The notes below the pieces were generated by a model. That model worked only from the letters and a program-made list of their open reading frames with translations. It had not been told where the DNA came from and ran no database searches. Source: Lingula anatina (lineage: Eukaryota > Animalia > Brachiopoda). Taken from it: a stretch of 64,000 nt of DNA. The DNA lies in assembly GCA_051362555.1 (NCBI GenBank), contig CM120646.1, positions 16,802,001 through 16,866,000 on the forward strand, read 5' to 3'. This document shows positions 13,424-27,000 of the stretch, one piece after another. The number at the start of each line of letters is the position of its first letter. Within the stretch, counting starts at the first letter, position 1. Position numbers and translations under genes: made by a program.

Positions 13424-16400
13424 ATGTGGACCTCCTACTTTCTTGTCACTATCTCATCATTTCTCTCCATCAACTGCCAGACCCAGGGACAGACCCCCGT
13501 GACCCTGCATCCCCTAGGGACGCTGTATCTCCCCTATGGGTATGACGCGGGGACACCGCAGTACGATATGTACAAAGGCGTAGCAGAACAATGTGCCTAT
13601 GACGGGAAGCATAAAATGGTGTATGTCGTGGGTAAGTGAAATATAGCTTTAAATAATGACTTAGGGGGAATGGTGGATCTTAAGAAATAGAGAAAATCGT
13701 CAGATATTTGATATGAGCATTCGACGTAAAAATCTTCAAAGGAAAGGCTTTTGACTGTAGAGGATGAAGATGTGGTTATGAGGCCGTGACATTTTACATT
13801 GCGTCACTGTGACAATTCCCCACGATCCATTTATGAAATTATAAAGATGATTTATCTTTTCCTCAGTGAACACACCCTAACATATTTTTATAAAGAAAGT
13901 AGAGTTAGAGGATGTGTGCGTTAGTGAGTGTTGTGTTTTACTTTGCTGTCTGAATTGTTCATTTCTTGAAATCTTAATTATAAAGGTCCTGTAGTTTTAA
14001 AATAAACCCTAACTTCGAGATGGAAAAACGTTATTATGAGCTGACCAGGTATCGCGGTCACGAGGGACAGCAGTAATTAATTACGCGTGACAACTAACGC
14101 TTAAAATGCAAGTGTGAAGTTGATGTTGTTCTGACACTAGTCATGGTTGGCCCTGTGTGCTGAGGAATTTATACATGAAGACTTATCTATTATCCAAAAG
14201 AATGTATGTAAGGCAGTAAATAAGGGAGTTTTGGGCTAAGGCTGACAATATCCTTAAACTGCTTATGTGCTCAAATAGTGAGTTACAGGGAGTTTGTACG
14301 CTTTGATTCCGTCTTTTAAGAAATATAATAAAAGCGCCAGTTTTTATGCTGAAAGGTATATTATTGACACAGGTGCACCAGTATTCAAAACCATTCCCTG
14401 TGAAATAAAAAAAGCCATCTTTGACTGTTTGCTTTTTTTTTTCTAAAGGGAAATTTGAATCGAATCATGTTGTAGTACAGCGTGCAAACACAAGTTGATC
14501 GTGTCCTCGATTTTCTGTTTATACGATAAGCACATTGACAGGGCTGCAGCGTTTTTGACTCTGTTTCCTCGATGAAATTTAAAATCTTGTTTTTCCGTAA
14601 AATTCATCAGTGCAAGAGTTGTCTAAGATCGTTAAGAGTCTATACTAGCTTAGATTCCGGTGTAATGTGACAGAGTGTCCCCCATGTTAGAGAGACCGCT
14701 TCCCATTCATTTGTAGAGGTAACCCTCGCACTAGATTTTGACCCGCTTAGGTCAGACTTCGTCTAACCATTATAACTATATGGAGGGCGGACTTTCTGTT
14801 ACACGGACCCTCAGATTCGTTGCACTGGCACTAGCATAGTTGCTGCAGTTGTTGGAAGTAAGGGCACTTTTAAGAGTTACGAAGACCAGTTGTAAACGTC
14901 CGTGCAAACTTGTACAAGCTGGTCAGCATACGATTTGATAAAAACGAGGACAAATCCATCCTGCCAGGTTGCTTTACGAACTGGTGATTTTTATCGATCA
15001 CACTGGTCGATTAAATTTTAAAAAATACGAGCTCTCTCTCTCTCTCTCTCTATCTCTCTCACACACACACACACACACAATCGATGTCATCATGATTTAA
15101 AACAAGAAAGTTATGAACTATTGCAGTATTATTGCAGATATTTACACTTTACAATTTCAAGGAGAGGTAGGGTTCGTCTACGTAGTTGATATTTCCATTC
15201 CGACCAACCCTACGCTAGTTTACAACGTCACCGTCCCCATGGTGCCAACTGACGTAGAGGTGTGCGGCAGTCACGTGGCTATTTCGGTAAAGAATGACGT
15301 CACGGCAGAGAGTGGGAAAGTGCTCGTGTTTCCAACTTTTGACCCGGCAGTGGGTACATTCAGGGTGAAGGACGAATTCCAGGGTATGCATTTTAGTAAA
15401 AGTGATATCGCTATGATGATTAAGGTTCTATAATACACATACAAAAAGGCTACAACACGAATTAAACACGTCACCTTTCCCTTCCCTGATGTATTTCAAT
15501 CAGTACTAGTTAATGTATCTTTTACATTCACAATCACTGTCATTTTATTCTAGTGTCAGTGAAAACCATAAATTCCAATATTTTGTATATACGTGTATTT
15601 TAGTCGGGGCTCTCCCGGATATGTTGGTATGGACAACAGATTGCATGGCCATTCTGGTTGCTAACGAAGGAGAAGGTGGCAAGGACGCTAGTGGTCAGTT
15701 TGCTGACCCTGAGGGGTCGGTCACCATAATTACGTTTAACGACACGCAGTTGTCTGGAGCAACGACGCACACGGTGGACTTCACAGCGTTTAATGAAAGG
15801 TGCATGTTGTTTAAAGTTGTGCTCAAAAATTGTTTTCTAACAAAATGTGATAAATTGGTTGAAGTACATGTACATATATTTTCATTCCTTACGTCTTGTA
15901 TTTATTGCAGTAACGGAGACTATTTTATCTGTGTTGTCAGATTTTTATGCTGTTTTTATAGGCGCCTTCAATCAACTTTGTACTGTTTTATATTTTTACG
16001 ACGAGGTCTTTATCATCGTCATATGCCGTTTTTAACGATACTATGAATTATTGCATCAAAATTATTTGTTGAAATCTCTTATACCGGCTTCGGGTTTCTC
16101 TCTTCATTGGAATGCTGAAGTGGTACTATTGAGCTTCTCGTACATTGGCTGGTCTATGTAAATGCCAAACACTGGTAGATATTGTCAAAGATTTCTTTCA
16201 GTATGATATCATCATTATTCCACGTTTTTAAGAGCTGACCAGTACGTGTCCCGTGGAGTGAGATGGATATTCAGAAACCAGACGTCTGTGGCCACCACCC
16301 TGTCCCATGATCTTGAACCAGAGTACATCACGCTTAACAAAGATAACACCAAGGCTTACGTAGTGCTACAGGTGATACAGTTCTAACATACTGCTGGCCT

Positions 16401-19400
16401 TCTGTAATATGTTTTTAAGTTCGGTCACACTAAATTTGGACGATTCGCTTTGAAAATCAGATGTTTTATTTTATCCACATTTCTTCGAACCTTAGATACC
16501 ATTATCATCATCATCATTCCGCCAGAGGTCGATTCATTTTGTGCAGAATAAAACCTCTTCTTTTCTGTAACCTAGGCCTGTTCATGTTAAATTGTGTTAG
16601 TTGCGCAGTGTACTGTTTTGATTGCCATACAGATCCGTGGTTTTTAGAACAATATGCTTTTTTTGTGTTAGGAAAACAACGCTATGGCAGTACTTGACTT
16701 GGCAACAATGAATTTCACGGCACTTTATCCTCTCGGATTTAAAAGATGGAATGAAAGCGGGCTGGATGCTTCTGACAAAGACAATGGTAATCCTTCCTGC
16801 CTGCTGTAATAATATTAATAATGTTATTGATATTTGAAAAAAGAAACATCATACATTTATGTTGACATCGATAAATAGAAGCCCATCTCTGTTTGTGACA
16901 GTAGCGGTGGACAAGTAAAATTTAATGGTCAGTAACCATAAAAGGTTAAGGTTCTCAAACGTGTATCCTGAAGTCGGGCAAAGATGAAAAATATTACATT
17001 ACGTAAGACTTAGTGCTGTACGAACTTAAGGTAAATTATTGAATCGTAAGGTATAAAAAGTTGTATTCATGTCTTTTTCTTCATGTGACACTACTTTATA
17101 CTTTCTGTAGTTTCTACATTGAAATATAATAATGATGATTGACGAAAGGTTTGCGGAGATTAGGGGCCTATGGTTTATGATAGTTTGAGAAGATTTGCTA
17201 TCCTTTTATCGTTTATTTCTATTTAAAATAGGGCCTACATATTGCAAAAACTATGGTTATTTTACTACCTTGACGAAGAGTGAATACGTGAAACTAACAA
17301 TCATGGCCAAATGCACATGCTTGGTTAAGTTTTGCTACTCATTCCAGCTATCAGCATACGGCCATGGAACATACTGGGGATGTACCAACCAGACAGCATC
17401 AAGTATTTCGAAATGGGCGGGGTCAGTTACATAGCAACAGCCAATGAGGGCGATGCTAAGGAATACAACATGGCTGACCATGGGTTTGATTTCATGGAAG
17501 AAACAATAATGAGTTCTATTGCACCAAGTAAGTCCTGCCCATAATACCAATGTCTTCCCACCTGCCAACATTTAATATTTCCAACCTGACCGTGACATCT
17601 TCAACAGCCATTAAACATTAGGCCTAGCTATATGTATGATATAACGGTGTTCTTCCATCTCTGTGTCAACTTCAAATGAAACTGCCTTCAAAGTGAAAAG
17701 GGAAAATACCCTTCTTCCAGACTTTATGTAACAATTCTGTACTTCATTTATTTTGGGGTGTTGGAAATACACACATCATGATTTTTCTACTCCAACAAAG
17801 GATGGCTTTCGGTAGTTGTTAAAGTGTCTAAGTAACAATGATCTTACTATACTAATACATAACTACATTTTGAACGTCAATTTTAGATTTAGACCGATGG
17901 TTCACTGGTCCAAAAGCTATTTCCTCGGTCGTAAGTTACAATAGTGAATGGCGCTTAACTGCGGAAAATAAAAACAAAAACAGTTTCCATCAACGATGTT
18001 TCTGGATGTAGCCTACATATGATTACTGTCCTATATATATATATGGTAGTTACTTAAGAATCTATAGTTTTATTTTTTAAAATAAAAACTATACTTTCAT
18101 TGCTCGGAACAATAAAAGTCCAGACTGATAATTATACGTATTGTTGGGGCGCCCCTGAAGAAATATATCTGTTTCTGCGGATATTATACTGTAGATTAAT
18201 TTTTTTTACTTCTAGATCTTGCAAGCACAATAGATAGCCAAGTAGCTGATGCCGCTTTAAATGATTCAGGATTAGGTATGTGACGAGTAGGGGCCTAACT
18301 TACTTAGCACATGGACATAATAATATTTAGGTCCAAGCTTAGCAACATGAAACAATAAAGGTATATCTTTGACTTCATTTGCTAAAACCTTGCATAGTGC
18401 TTGAAGGCGTTTCTGTCTTATTTGACTAAATTAAATGTTTATTTGAGCAAATCTATAGTTTAATCCATTAATTAAATTTAAACATTTATTCATCATAGCC
18501 CGACTCAGGGTGAGCCGTTTTGACGGCAAAGGACTGGACAACAAATATCACAATATTTACGCGTATGGAGGCAGAAGTTTCTCGATTTTCAAGGCAGACG
18601 ACATGTCACTAGTGTTCGACAGCGGGGACGAAGTAGAGTCTGCGCATGCACGAGAGTTGGAGCGCATGGTATTCAACAGCGAAGCTGGAGAGCTTCAAGA
18701 TCTTCCAGAAAAGTCCTTTGATGCTAGATCAGATAATAAGGTATGCTTCTACATAATGTTATTTATTTATTTATTTATTTACTTATTTAGTCAAAAGTAT
18801 CACCAACTCATTCTTCATTGAATGTTTCATTAGGCCTTATTGAGGGGCAGTTTTATTGTCCGCCTGTCTTTCTGTCCGTCTTTAAATTTTATTTCTTTTG
18901 AACGAAATGAAACAGTTATGATATTCCATTTTTTTTATTTTTATTTATTTTTTTAACTTGTGAAAACAACATAATTCTGTTAAGACTGTGCAGTTGTGTT
19001 CTGTTATTTGTAATTAGGGACCAGAGTGCGAATCTTTGGCGGTAGCCCAAAGAGGAGGAAAGACGGTATTCTTTGTTGGCAATGAACGGACGTCGTCTAT
19101 TATCATCTACTCGATAGATGGCACTACCGGTATGACGCCAAGATATGAAAGTATCTACAGAGCTGGTGGTCTGAATGCGACATGGGGAGAACTTTATACA
19201 GCAAGGAATGTCGGCGATATAGATCCGGAGGCTCTCAGGTGAACTGTTTTCTCTCTTATAGTTTGACTTTAAAAAATACACTCCAAAGAATTTTTTGTTA
19301 ATTCAAGCTATACGTTATATTCGGTGTTAGCTAATCGTCTTTGCAAATCAATATGTAAGCCTTATGGATAGTTCGAGTAAATAACCAAATATATTTCAAA

Positions 19401-20051
19401 TGTAGCAAATACATGTATAAACATAACGGGAAGACATACTGGTACACGTGTCACGGTATGTGATGATTCATTAGTTGAATTTACCGTTACCCTTGCGATT
19501 GTAACGTTACAGTTTGAAATCCCATTTCAGTTTCATACATGACAGCGACAGCCCGAACAGTAAGCCTCTTCTTCTCGTCAGCGGTTCCATTAGTGGCACT
19601 TTGGCTATATATGAGGTCAAAGGTCTTGTCGGTAGGTATTCATACACAAAATTAATACTCCTGACCAAAAAGAGATATTTTTGTCGTTTTGGTTGATGAT
19701 GTCTTGTAATATCTCGTCCTTTTCCTTACAAGTGTATTATTTTTGGCGCTCCTCCAGGACAATTGGCACCTGGGCGTGAGCGGATTGTTCACAGGTGTTT
19801 GTTGGACTACGCCCCTATGGTAAGAAAAATAATGACAATGAAACATTTTATATAAACATTCGTGTTAATATTTACTTCCCAGATTGCTTAAAATATTACC
19901 TTTTCGTTATTTAGATCCAACCACCTCGACTCCAGGAGAAAGATCGACGAAAGGACCAGTGAGTCTCGGTGCACACAGCATTTATATGAGACCTGTCATG
20001 ACATCACTTCTGACAGCGGTCATAGTAACCTGTCAGATATTTTTCAGATGA
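13424..20051 (+). CDS. msp130: MSP130-family cell-surface glycoprotein (alkaline-phosphatase-like / choice-of-anchor I beta-propeller), signal peptide plus GPI signal, about 606 aa
   Basis: Eleven phase-compatible exons: 13424-13631, 15162-15383, 15604-15799, 16233-16371, 16672-16786, 17348-17527, 18216-18275, 18499-18740, 19018-19238, 19531-19631, 19915-20051 (1821 nt). Family motifs: LYLPY, AEQxAYD, VGALPDML, VANEGE, DPEGSV, DLEPEYI, LQENNA, GLDASDKD, GMYQPD, TANEGD, GGRSFSI, FDSGD, DARSDNKGPECE, GNER, GDIDPE, PLLLVSG..SGT. N-terminus MWTSYFLVTISSFLSINC; S/T/P linker and hydrophobic C-terminus. The symbol is family-level; the exact paralogue is unknown. Confidence 0.92.
14657..14806. mobile_element. 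Degenerate MITE in msp130 intron 1
   Basis: Ends CCGGTGTAA... and ...GTTACACGG with weak subterminal inverted similarity; terminus resembles the one at 11385-11394. Confidence 0.35.
15032..15079. repeat. (CT)n(CA)n compound microsatellite
   Basis: Read directly. Confidence 0.9.
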
Positions 20052-20275
20052 GAATGGTATATCTGTCAATTCTTTTTTTTCCCGTTATCTATTTACAGTA
20101 ACAGTTTATACATTTTGTTGAGAGAATATTGAATTTTTTTTATTATCCGGTGATCAGTTTTGCGATTGTAGGCTACATATACGGATAAATATTGTCGGCA
20201 TAATAAACTCAAATCCACTCCAGAACCTGATGACAGATTGTGCATTATGTGTGAACTCAGAGCAACAGAGGACGA

Positions 20276-20278
<3 letters not shown>

Positions 20279-20311
<33 letters not shown>
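20279..20311. repeat. (CT)n microsatellite
   Basis: Read directly. Confidence 0.9.
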
Positions 20312-20315
<4 letters not shown>

Positions 20316-21218
20316 TGGAAAAAACGACAATTCAGCAACACAAACGCGTCATTCTATTTTGTTCAATATTGCGCATGATCTGTTAAGGCAGTAGCCAATT
20401 TAAAGGTGCGCATTACGTTCCAAACGTTCCAAACGTATAGAATCCAAAGACAATTTAGGCCACTAAGGACTCCCCAGGGTTTTGTGTATTCATTAAACCG
20501 GTGATATTCAAAGGCAACAATTACTTTATCTTGGTATAGTAGATATTTACCTATTCTGACGATGATCATTGGGCTTAACTCACAGTTTCTTAAGCCTTTG
20601 GTTTGAAAACTAATTTTCTTTGATACAAAAACTTATAATGATAGATAATACAGCACCGTCTTCTTATTGTAATGGGAACTTGTAGAGGCGGTTGCTCAAT
20701 AATATGCCTTAGAGACGTATGTTAAGATACTTCATAGTACATTACCCCTTCATGACATGAGCATAATTTCCAGCCGTAATGTGGCAGGAATGGTTGTCCG
20801 CTGGGAACCGTAGTCCGTTCTTCATTACTTTGTACAGGTGACATTCGTCCCATACTAACCCCAATATTCCGACTATCCCTAACATGTACTCATCATATGG
20901 AACTCTGGACTTTCATTCCTAGGACAACTATTCCTGTCACACCTGATAGTGCTTCGAGCCAACTAAGGATACCACAACGCACTTCGCAGTGGTTGCGATA
21001 GATACACGTCCCAGTATATATACATTTTTCATGGAATATTATTGATGACCCTTTTTATGCTCCCACGCTTGGTTAATTCACTAAAAAGCCCATGGATTTT
21101 TATTGGGATAAATAGATGGCAAATTCTGTTTCAAGAGTGAAGGATAATTAGAACAGGGTTATACGTTGGAAGAGTGTCCCAACAAGATGTCTATCATATG
21201 TCGCTTTCTTATTTGTCG

Positions 21219-21221
<3 letters not shown>

Positions 21222-21264
<43 letters not shown>
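21222..21264. repeat. (AAT)n microsatellite
   Basis: Read directly. Confidence 0.9.
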
Positions 21265-24005
21265 TAATGCTATTAATTAGATATTTATGAAAAACAATAA
21301 TCTGAAATCATCATTTTTGTGAATTGAAGAACAATTATTTTATATTTTACCTTTTAGAGGTAAAACATTTGAAATCTACATCTAAGAGCTAAAAAGGAGA
21401 TACGACCGATGGACACAAAGTTTAGTACTTTTTCAATAATTTTCTAAATCCTACGTCACTTTTTTTTTGAAATTGCATCTTAGAATTTTGTTGTAATCTG
21501 TCATGTCTCCTACTATCTTCCAATTAGATGAGATATGAATTTATTCAAGCAGTGAATATATAAATATGTATACTGTATAAGAAATCGTTTTCCATTGACA
21601 GCTAAGGACTTTTAAGCAATAACTAAACTAATAAAGACATTTAATAATAAGCATTAAAAGGGGAATTTTAATTTGATACTACACGTGACAAAAAACTACT
21701 TAAAAACGTTAACTCCATCTAAAAGTAAAAAATCTACTTTTGCTTTATAAAAATCTACAAAGACAATACAGCAGACGGCTAGGGTACTCGTTTTCTTATT
21801 TTTCCATTCTGTATTTCATGATACAGCTAGTGTGGAGAGGCCGCCAAGTAGTCCCTAGGGTAGACTTCCGCTCAAGTAATCGGTGTTTTTCAACAGTCAC
21901 TGCTTTTGACGGCCGTGTACATTAGAATTTGTTTTTGTATGACAGAGATACAAGATTAATCTTCTGTTAACATGTCCAAAGGGGTGGAACTCCCAAGACG
22001 GAGGTTGGTTGACTAGATTGATAATTCTGGCATTTGTCTCTTAAACAAAGTACACTTCAAATTACATGTATATGTGCACAGAGTATCTACATATCAAGGC
22101 TTTCTTCGTCCCAAATGTTCCCATAATATATAGCAAAGGTGCTGAGCTTACTTATTAGACGTATACCCCGATTTTAGTGTGCATCGAAAGGCTCACTACA
22201 CAAGAATGATTTGATACGCAGTGACGTTCGTTGGGCAAACGTACTTACAACCGTTGTGAAACGTAATGGCGACAAACTATTGGATAATTTAAGAAAAGTC
22301 TCGGTAAATACACAAATATTTTATGCCTTGCGAGAGTGATGGGACAGATACAATTGAACAAAAGGCCACTTGCAGACACAGAGTGCAATCTAGCGGTAGA
22401 CAATCAGACCAAAGAGACCGCCGTGAACGCTTGCACTTCCGCATGCTGTCCTTTAATATGCCACACGGGTTCAACTAACCTGAAAACGTAAATTGATTAT
22501 AAACAACAATTACTCTATCGATTATCTTAGAGAAAGAGAAAGGCTAACTGGCACTGGGAGACTGGCATGAAGCTGAAATGTAGGAGCTTCCTTAAAGTGC
22601 ACCGTTGTATAATTCCTGACTAGTTTCTCAGAGTTAAGTCGATAGATGTGGGACAGATACGTGAAGATATGTCGGGGAGCGTGGAAGAAGTCGGCAATTG
22701 AAGAAGTCACTCATTGATTCCACATCCCCAAGGCAGTCAAACAGGGCCAGGATCTCAAAAGCAACATGTTTTCATTAACGTGGGAAATATAAACACCCTT
22801 TTCAGAGCTAGTCTACACTAGGCTCGGCTTGGTTGAAGTAGGTTTTATTGACGATTTGATTGTAGAAACTCTCAGAACCCAGAACGACTGAGGTTTATAC
22901 TGTAGGTAGCATGCGCAGTTAATCGGTAGAAAACAAATTGACTTTCTCAACAGTCTCAGCTCTTAAACGGAACAAGGTGTGATAGTTAATTTACTCACCG
23001 CAACATTGAAGTATAACACTTCTGTCGATGACATCGGAGCTTCTCGTGGATCGATCCTCCCAGGTTCATTGGAGCGGCGTATTTCGTGGATAGGTGCGCC
23101 AAACACTTGCTGTCGCTTTGGTAGAAAAGGAGCGTACTCCACGGAGTCAAGGCATTTATAGATAAATGCAACTATTCAGAAAAGTGCGGAACTGCATCGG
23201 GAAATATATAGTGGCATTGTATATTGGAGTTAGATTACCAAACGATATTTGTCATCAGTACTTTGTATACACTGTGTAAGTCAATGCACGGTTTTGTCAC
23301 ACGGGAGAGCTCTTTTTTAACCTACTTTCTCCTGAAATTGTGTACAGAAAATGCTTAGTGTAAAATGCCACCTGTAGGAGTCTGAAGACATTGGTTGCTT
23401 TCAAGCGATGACTGTGCGCTGTCGTATGCAAAGATGATCCAATTTCCGAATGTTAAGGGCTGTGACATTCGTCAGCACTACTGGGACATCGGTTGTAATT
23501 AAATAGGACAAAATTCTAGGAAACGGAAACATCCCTGGAGGTGATGAAATTTCTAGGACAACGACATCAAAGGAATTTAAGTCACCAAAGTCTAACACGT
23601 GAATCAATTCGCATAGTGTATGTAACGGTACTTTAAAAGGACACCTTTCGTATCACATACTGAAAACGGGTCGGAGGAAGGAGAATCATTTGTCAAAAAA
23701 ATTCCATACAAGCGGTTTTGCAAGAAAACGGATTTAAGCAGTCTTTTCTTTTAATGATAGGAGAAAAGAATCGCACCATCTGTAAATTTGCGGAAATAGG
23801 ATTTATTGTCAGGATTTGCACTGGATGGTACTTGGATTGGTCCAGGTCCTTTTTAAAGGAAACCGAGCACTTTACAAGGAAAACTTGACCCTTGCTTGAA
23901 CCACCATGTATTGCCAGTTTAGAATTGCCCTCAGACTAGGTAAGTGACCATGTTAGTATGACTAAGAGTAATGGATGACACTCGGCTTCGATCACCGGAC
24001 AATAC

Positions 24006-24008
<3 letters not shown>

Positions 24009-24068
<60 letters not shown>
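24009..24068. repeat. (TA)n microsatellite
   Basis: Read directly. Confidence 0.95.
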
Positions 24069-24070
<2 letters not shown>

Positions 24071-27000
24071 CCGCCTTTTGAGTCAGACCTAATAGGCACT
24101 ATGGTGCTTAAGCCTTCTTTTATTTAAAAAAACCTTGTTCCGACGAAGTCACACACTGCCTTAATTCATAAAACAGTAAATTTTGTGGATGTTGATCGAT
24201 TTGAAATTTTGGTAAACTCGCATTATTCAGTTTCCATCTGAAAAGGAACAAGCTAAGGTGTGATAACTGGTGTCGAGAGAAGGGTGGACGTCATGTTCCA
24301 ATCCATCGTCTCACAACACAGATATTGACTTAATTTAAGGTCCTTTGGAATGCAATAATAAGTGTTACCTTATCTTAAGTATGATATGATCGAACAGAAA
24401 TTTCCATCGATTTGTCACTGCTACCAATACTTTTGTGCAACGCTAACAAGAACCACGAGCACCTTGGCTCACAGCAATTAACGGAGCTAAACAGTTACGC
24501 GGTTTTAATTTGTGAACTTTTTGTTGGCCTTGATGCCCAAGCGATGTCCAAGTTTTCTAATACGAATAGAAATTTGAAACAGAATGTAAATTATTGGCGA
24601 ACCACTTTCCTTTTCATCATAAGATATATGCTGTCATATGAATAGATTTAGAAAAGAAAGACAAATCATAATGGGAATAACGATAGTGATCATAACACGC
24701 GTGTAAAGCTTCATCAATAACAGCATTTAGTGCTTAATTATCAAATAGGCATAACATTGAGTTTGCATTACAGATTACCGACCTAGCTTTAAAGTACAAT
24801 GTAACACCTGCCACATCGTTCGATGCGCATTACACACTATTAAAGCGTAGATACAGAAAAAAACAATCGAATTTATTTCACATTAAACACGGCATGGCGT
24901 GACCCCAACGGGAACTAAGACATACAAGGACAATATAAAACAAGTACGGAGTCACAAGAACTGTTAGTAAACCTAGAATGTCGACCTGGGTCGCATCGAT
25001 CGGCGGTGGCGACATAAATTAATACTTAAAATAAACAAAGCACCGGCAGTAGCATGTAAACAGATTTCATTCACGGGTCGATCATCTGGGGGTCGGGTGT
25101 ATTTTCCCTTTTTTTCGACTGCACGCGGAACATGGTTTAGCTTAAAAGTAGTTCTGTGAGTCTTGACTTTTGCATGGTCTTTATCTGACGTGATGGATTA
25201 CACATAAAGTACCGAGAGGTCTTGTACTAGAAAGATGAACGCGATTTCCCAATAGATCAATTACTGTGCGTTTTATTCTAGCTTGCCTGACATGCAAAAA
25301 TATAGGTTTATAATATTTCTTCTAAATAAAAAAGACAAGCTACTACTTAAATGACTTGTATGGTTTGCTCTCTTGGTGCTCTGTGTAAAAGTTATGCCTA
25401 TTTGATAATTAAGCACTAAGTTAAAAATGTACACTACTTCTTTTATAAATCGCCTGAATTTTAAGAAATCTCAGAAGTCGATTGACTCTTGCAAAATTTT
25501 GAGGAAATCGCAAATAAAGACATTTTGCTATTGTTACCTTTCCCAGTGTACCGTGCACAATGGTAAAGCCCAGGTTGCCGTTGTTGATATTTTCCCGGCA
25601 AATGTCACGTTTTGCCATTCAGATATCATTAGGAAATGTCCATCATTATAAATATTTAACATCATATATTGCAAAAATAATTGCCCATATGTTTAGAAGG
25701 TCGCCTTGGACCAAATGATTGAACATCGATAATTTCATTCATTGCGAAATTTCTTTTAGGATAAAAGTAACCCTCTAATTCTGTAATGATCTTGAAGATA
25801 ATCGATATTAGCGAAGTACTACTTTGCTCATAGTTTTCACTGGTCTGAAATAGGATCGTGTAAACATGCAGCTAATCACAAATATATCGTTTGCGACGCG
25901 GACTTAATTACATGACTCAAAATGAATCGCACAGATGTAATAATGCCCAAATTGGATAACATATCCGATGAAAACAAATAAGAAGGAATTGACAGCTGTT
26001 CTAAAGTCCAAAGATCGTTTCGTGCACAAATCACGATATTTGGACTCTATTTTTCTATTTCAAAATGATGGCTAATTTTTCATAATTCTAATGTTGTTTC
26101 TAGCAGATGTCCTTTTTGTGACGATTTCGCGTTGTACATTATGTTCTGTTTTAATATAAAAAAATAACATACACCAACAATAGAATATCCAAGAGTTTGT
26201 AGACGATAGTGCCAGCAACTGGAATGCAATCTCCTCTAATTTCATTGCAGTGCTGGGTATTTGATGTGCAAAATTCATAAAGCGCAAACAGATAAGCAAT
26301 CCATCAGTGCCTCTCATCAATCATACTGTATTAAAACAGTTTATGGTTAGGCTATCTGCCGCCGTGACCGCCTTAGTGATAGTTCGATGGAACGATTTTA
26401 TTGAGTTCCCGTAATGTACTGCAGGGAAATGAGTGTTTTTGGCATAAATCGTCCAGAAAAAATTGACCATTTAATTTCAACAATAGACACGACGTATAAT
26501 ACCGTTCTCATTTACGGTGATTGTTAAAGCCTGCCTGTTAAAGGTGCTTTTAGGTATAAAAATGTACACTAAGGTTGTAATTTTGTGTCGTAATTTTCAA
26601 GAGCTATTGCTTACTAGTTTTATTCGGACATGGCATGGAATCGGGCTAGAGGGGTTCCACAACGATATAAACAATAGTGTGTGGAAGGGGTGGGGCTTTA
26701 AAAAACAACTGAGATGGGATTCATTAGATTTACTGCGCTTAAGATCGACCCCCGTAGGCCTACGTTAATGAATCTGCGTATTTCCCGAAGAAAGGTTAAA
26801 GCCTCTATAAATTGACGAACAGAAAGCAAAGGCATCCAAATTGTACATGAATAATTAAAGAGAGTCAGTGATTAATCTACCTATTGGTTCACACGAATGT
26901 GGGATTCCCTAGCTGTTGGCAGCCGCTAAAATGTTTATCAGATCGATTGAAATTTATTGAAAATGATAACGCGAATGATAAAAGTGCAAAGTCATAGGCT

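Noticed and set aside
13424-20051. Bacterial contamination suggested by alkaline-phosphatase-like motifs
   Set aside because: The coding sequence is split by ten canonical GT-AG introns and sits among animal genes.
22385-22406. miR-219-like seed TGATTGTC on the minus strand
   Set aside because: The 3' half does not match miR-219 and I see no convincing precursor hairpin.
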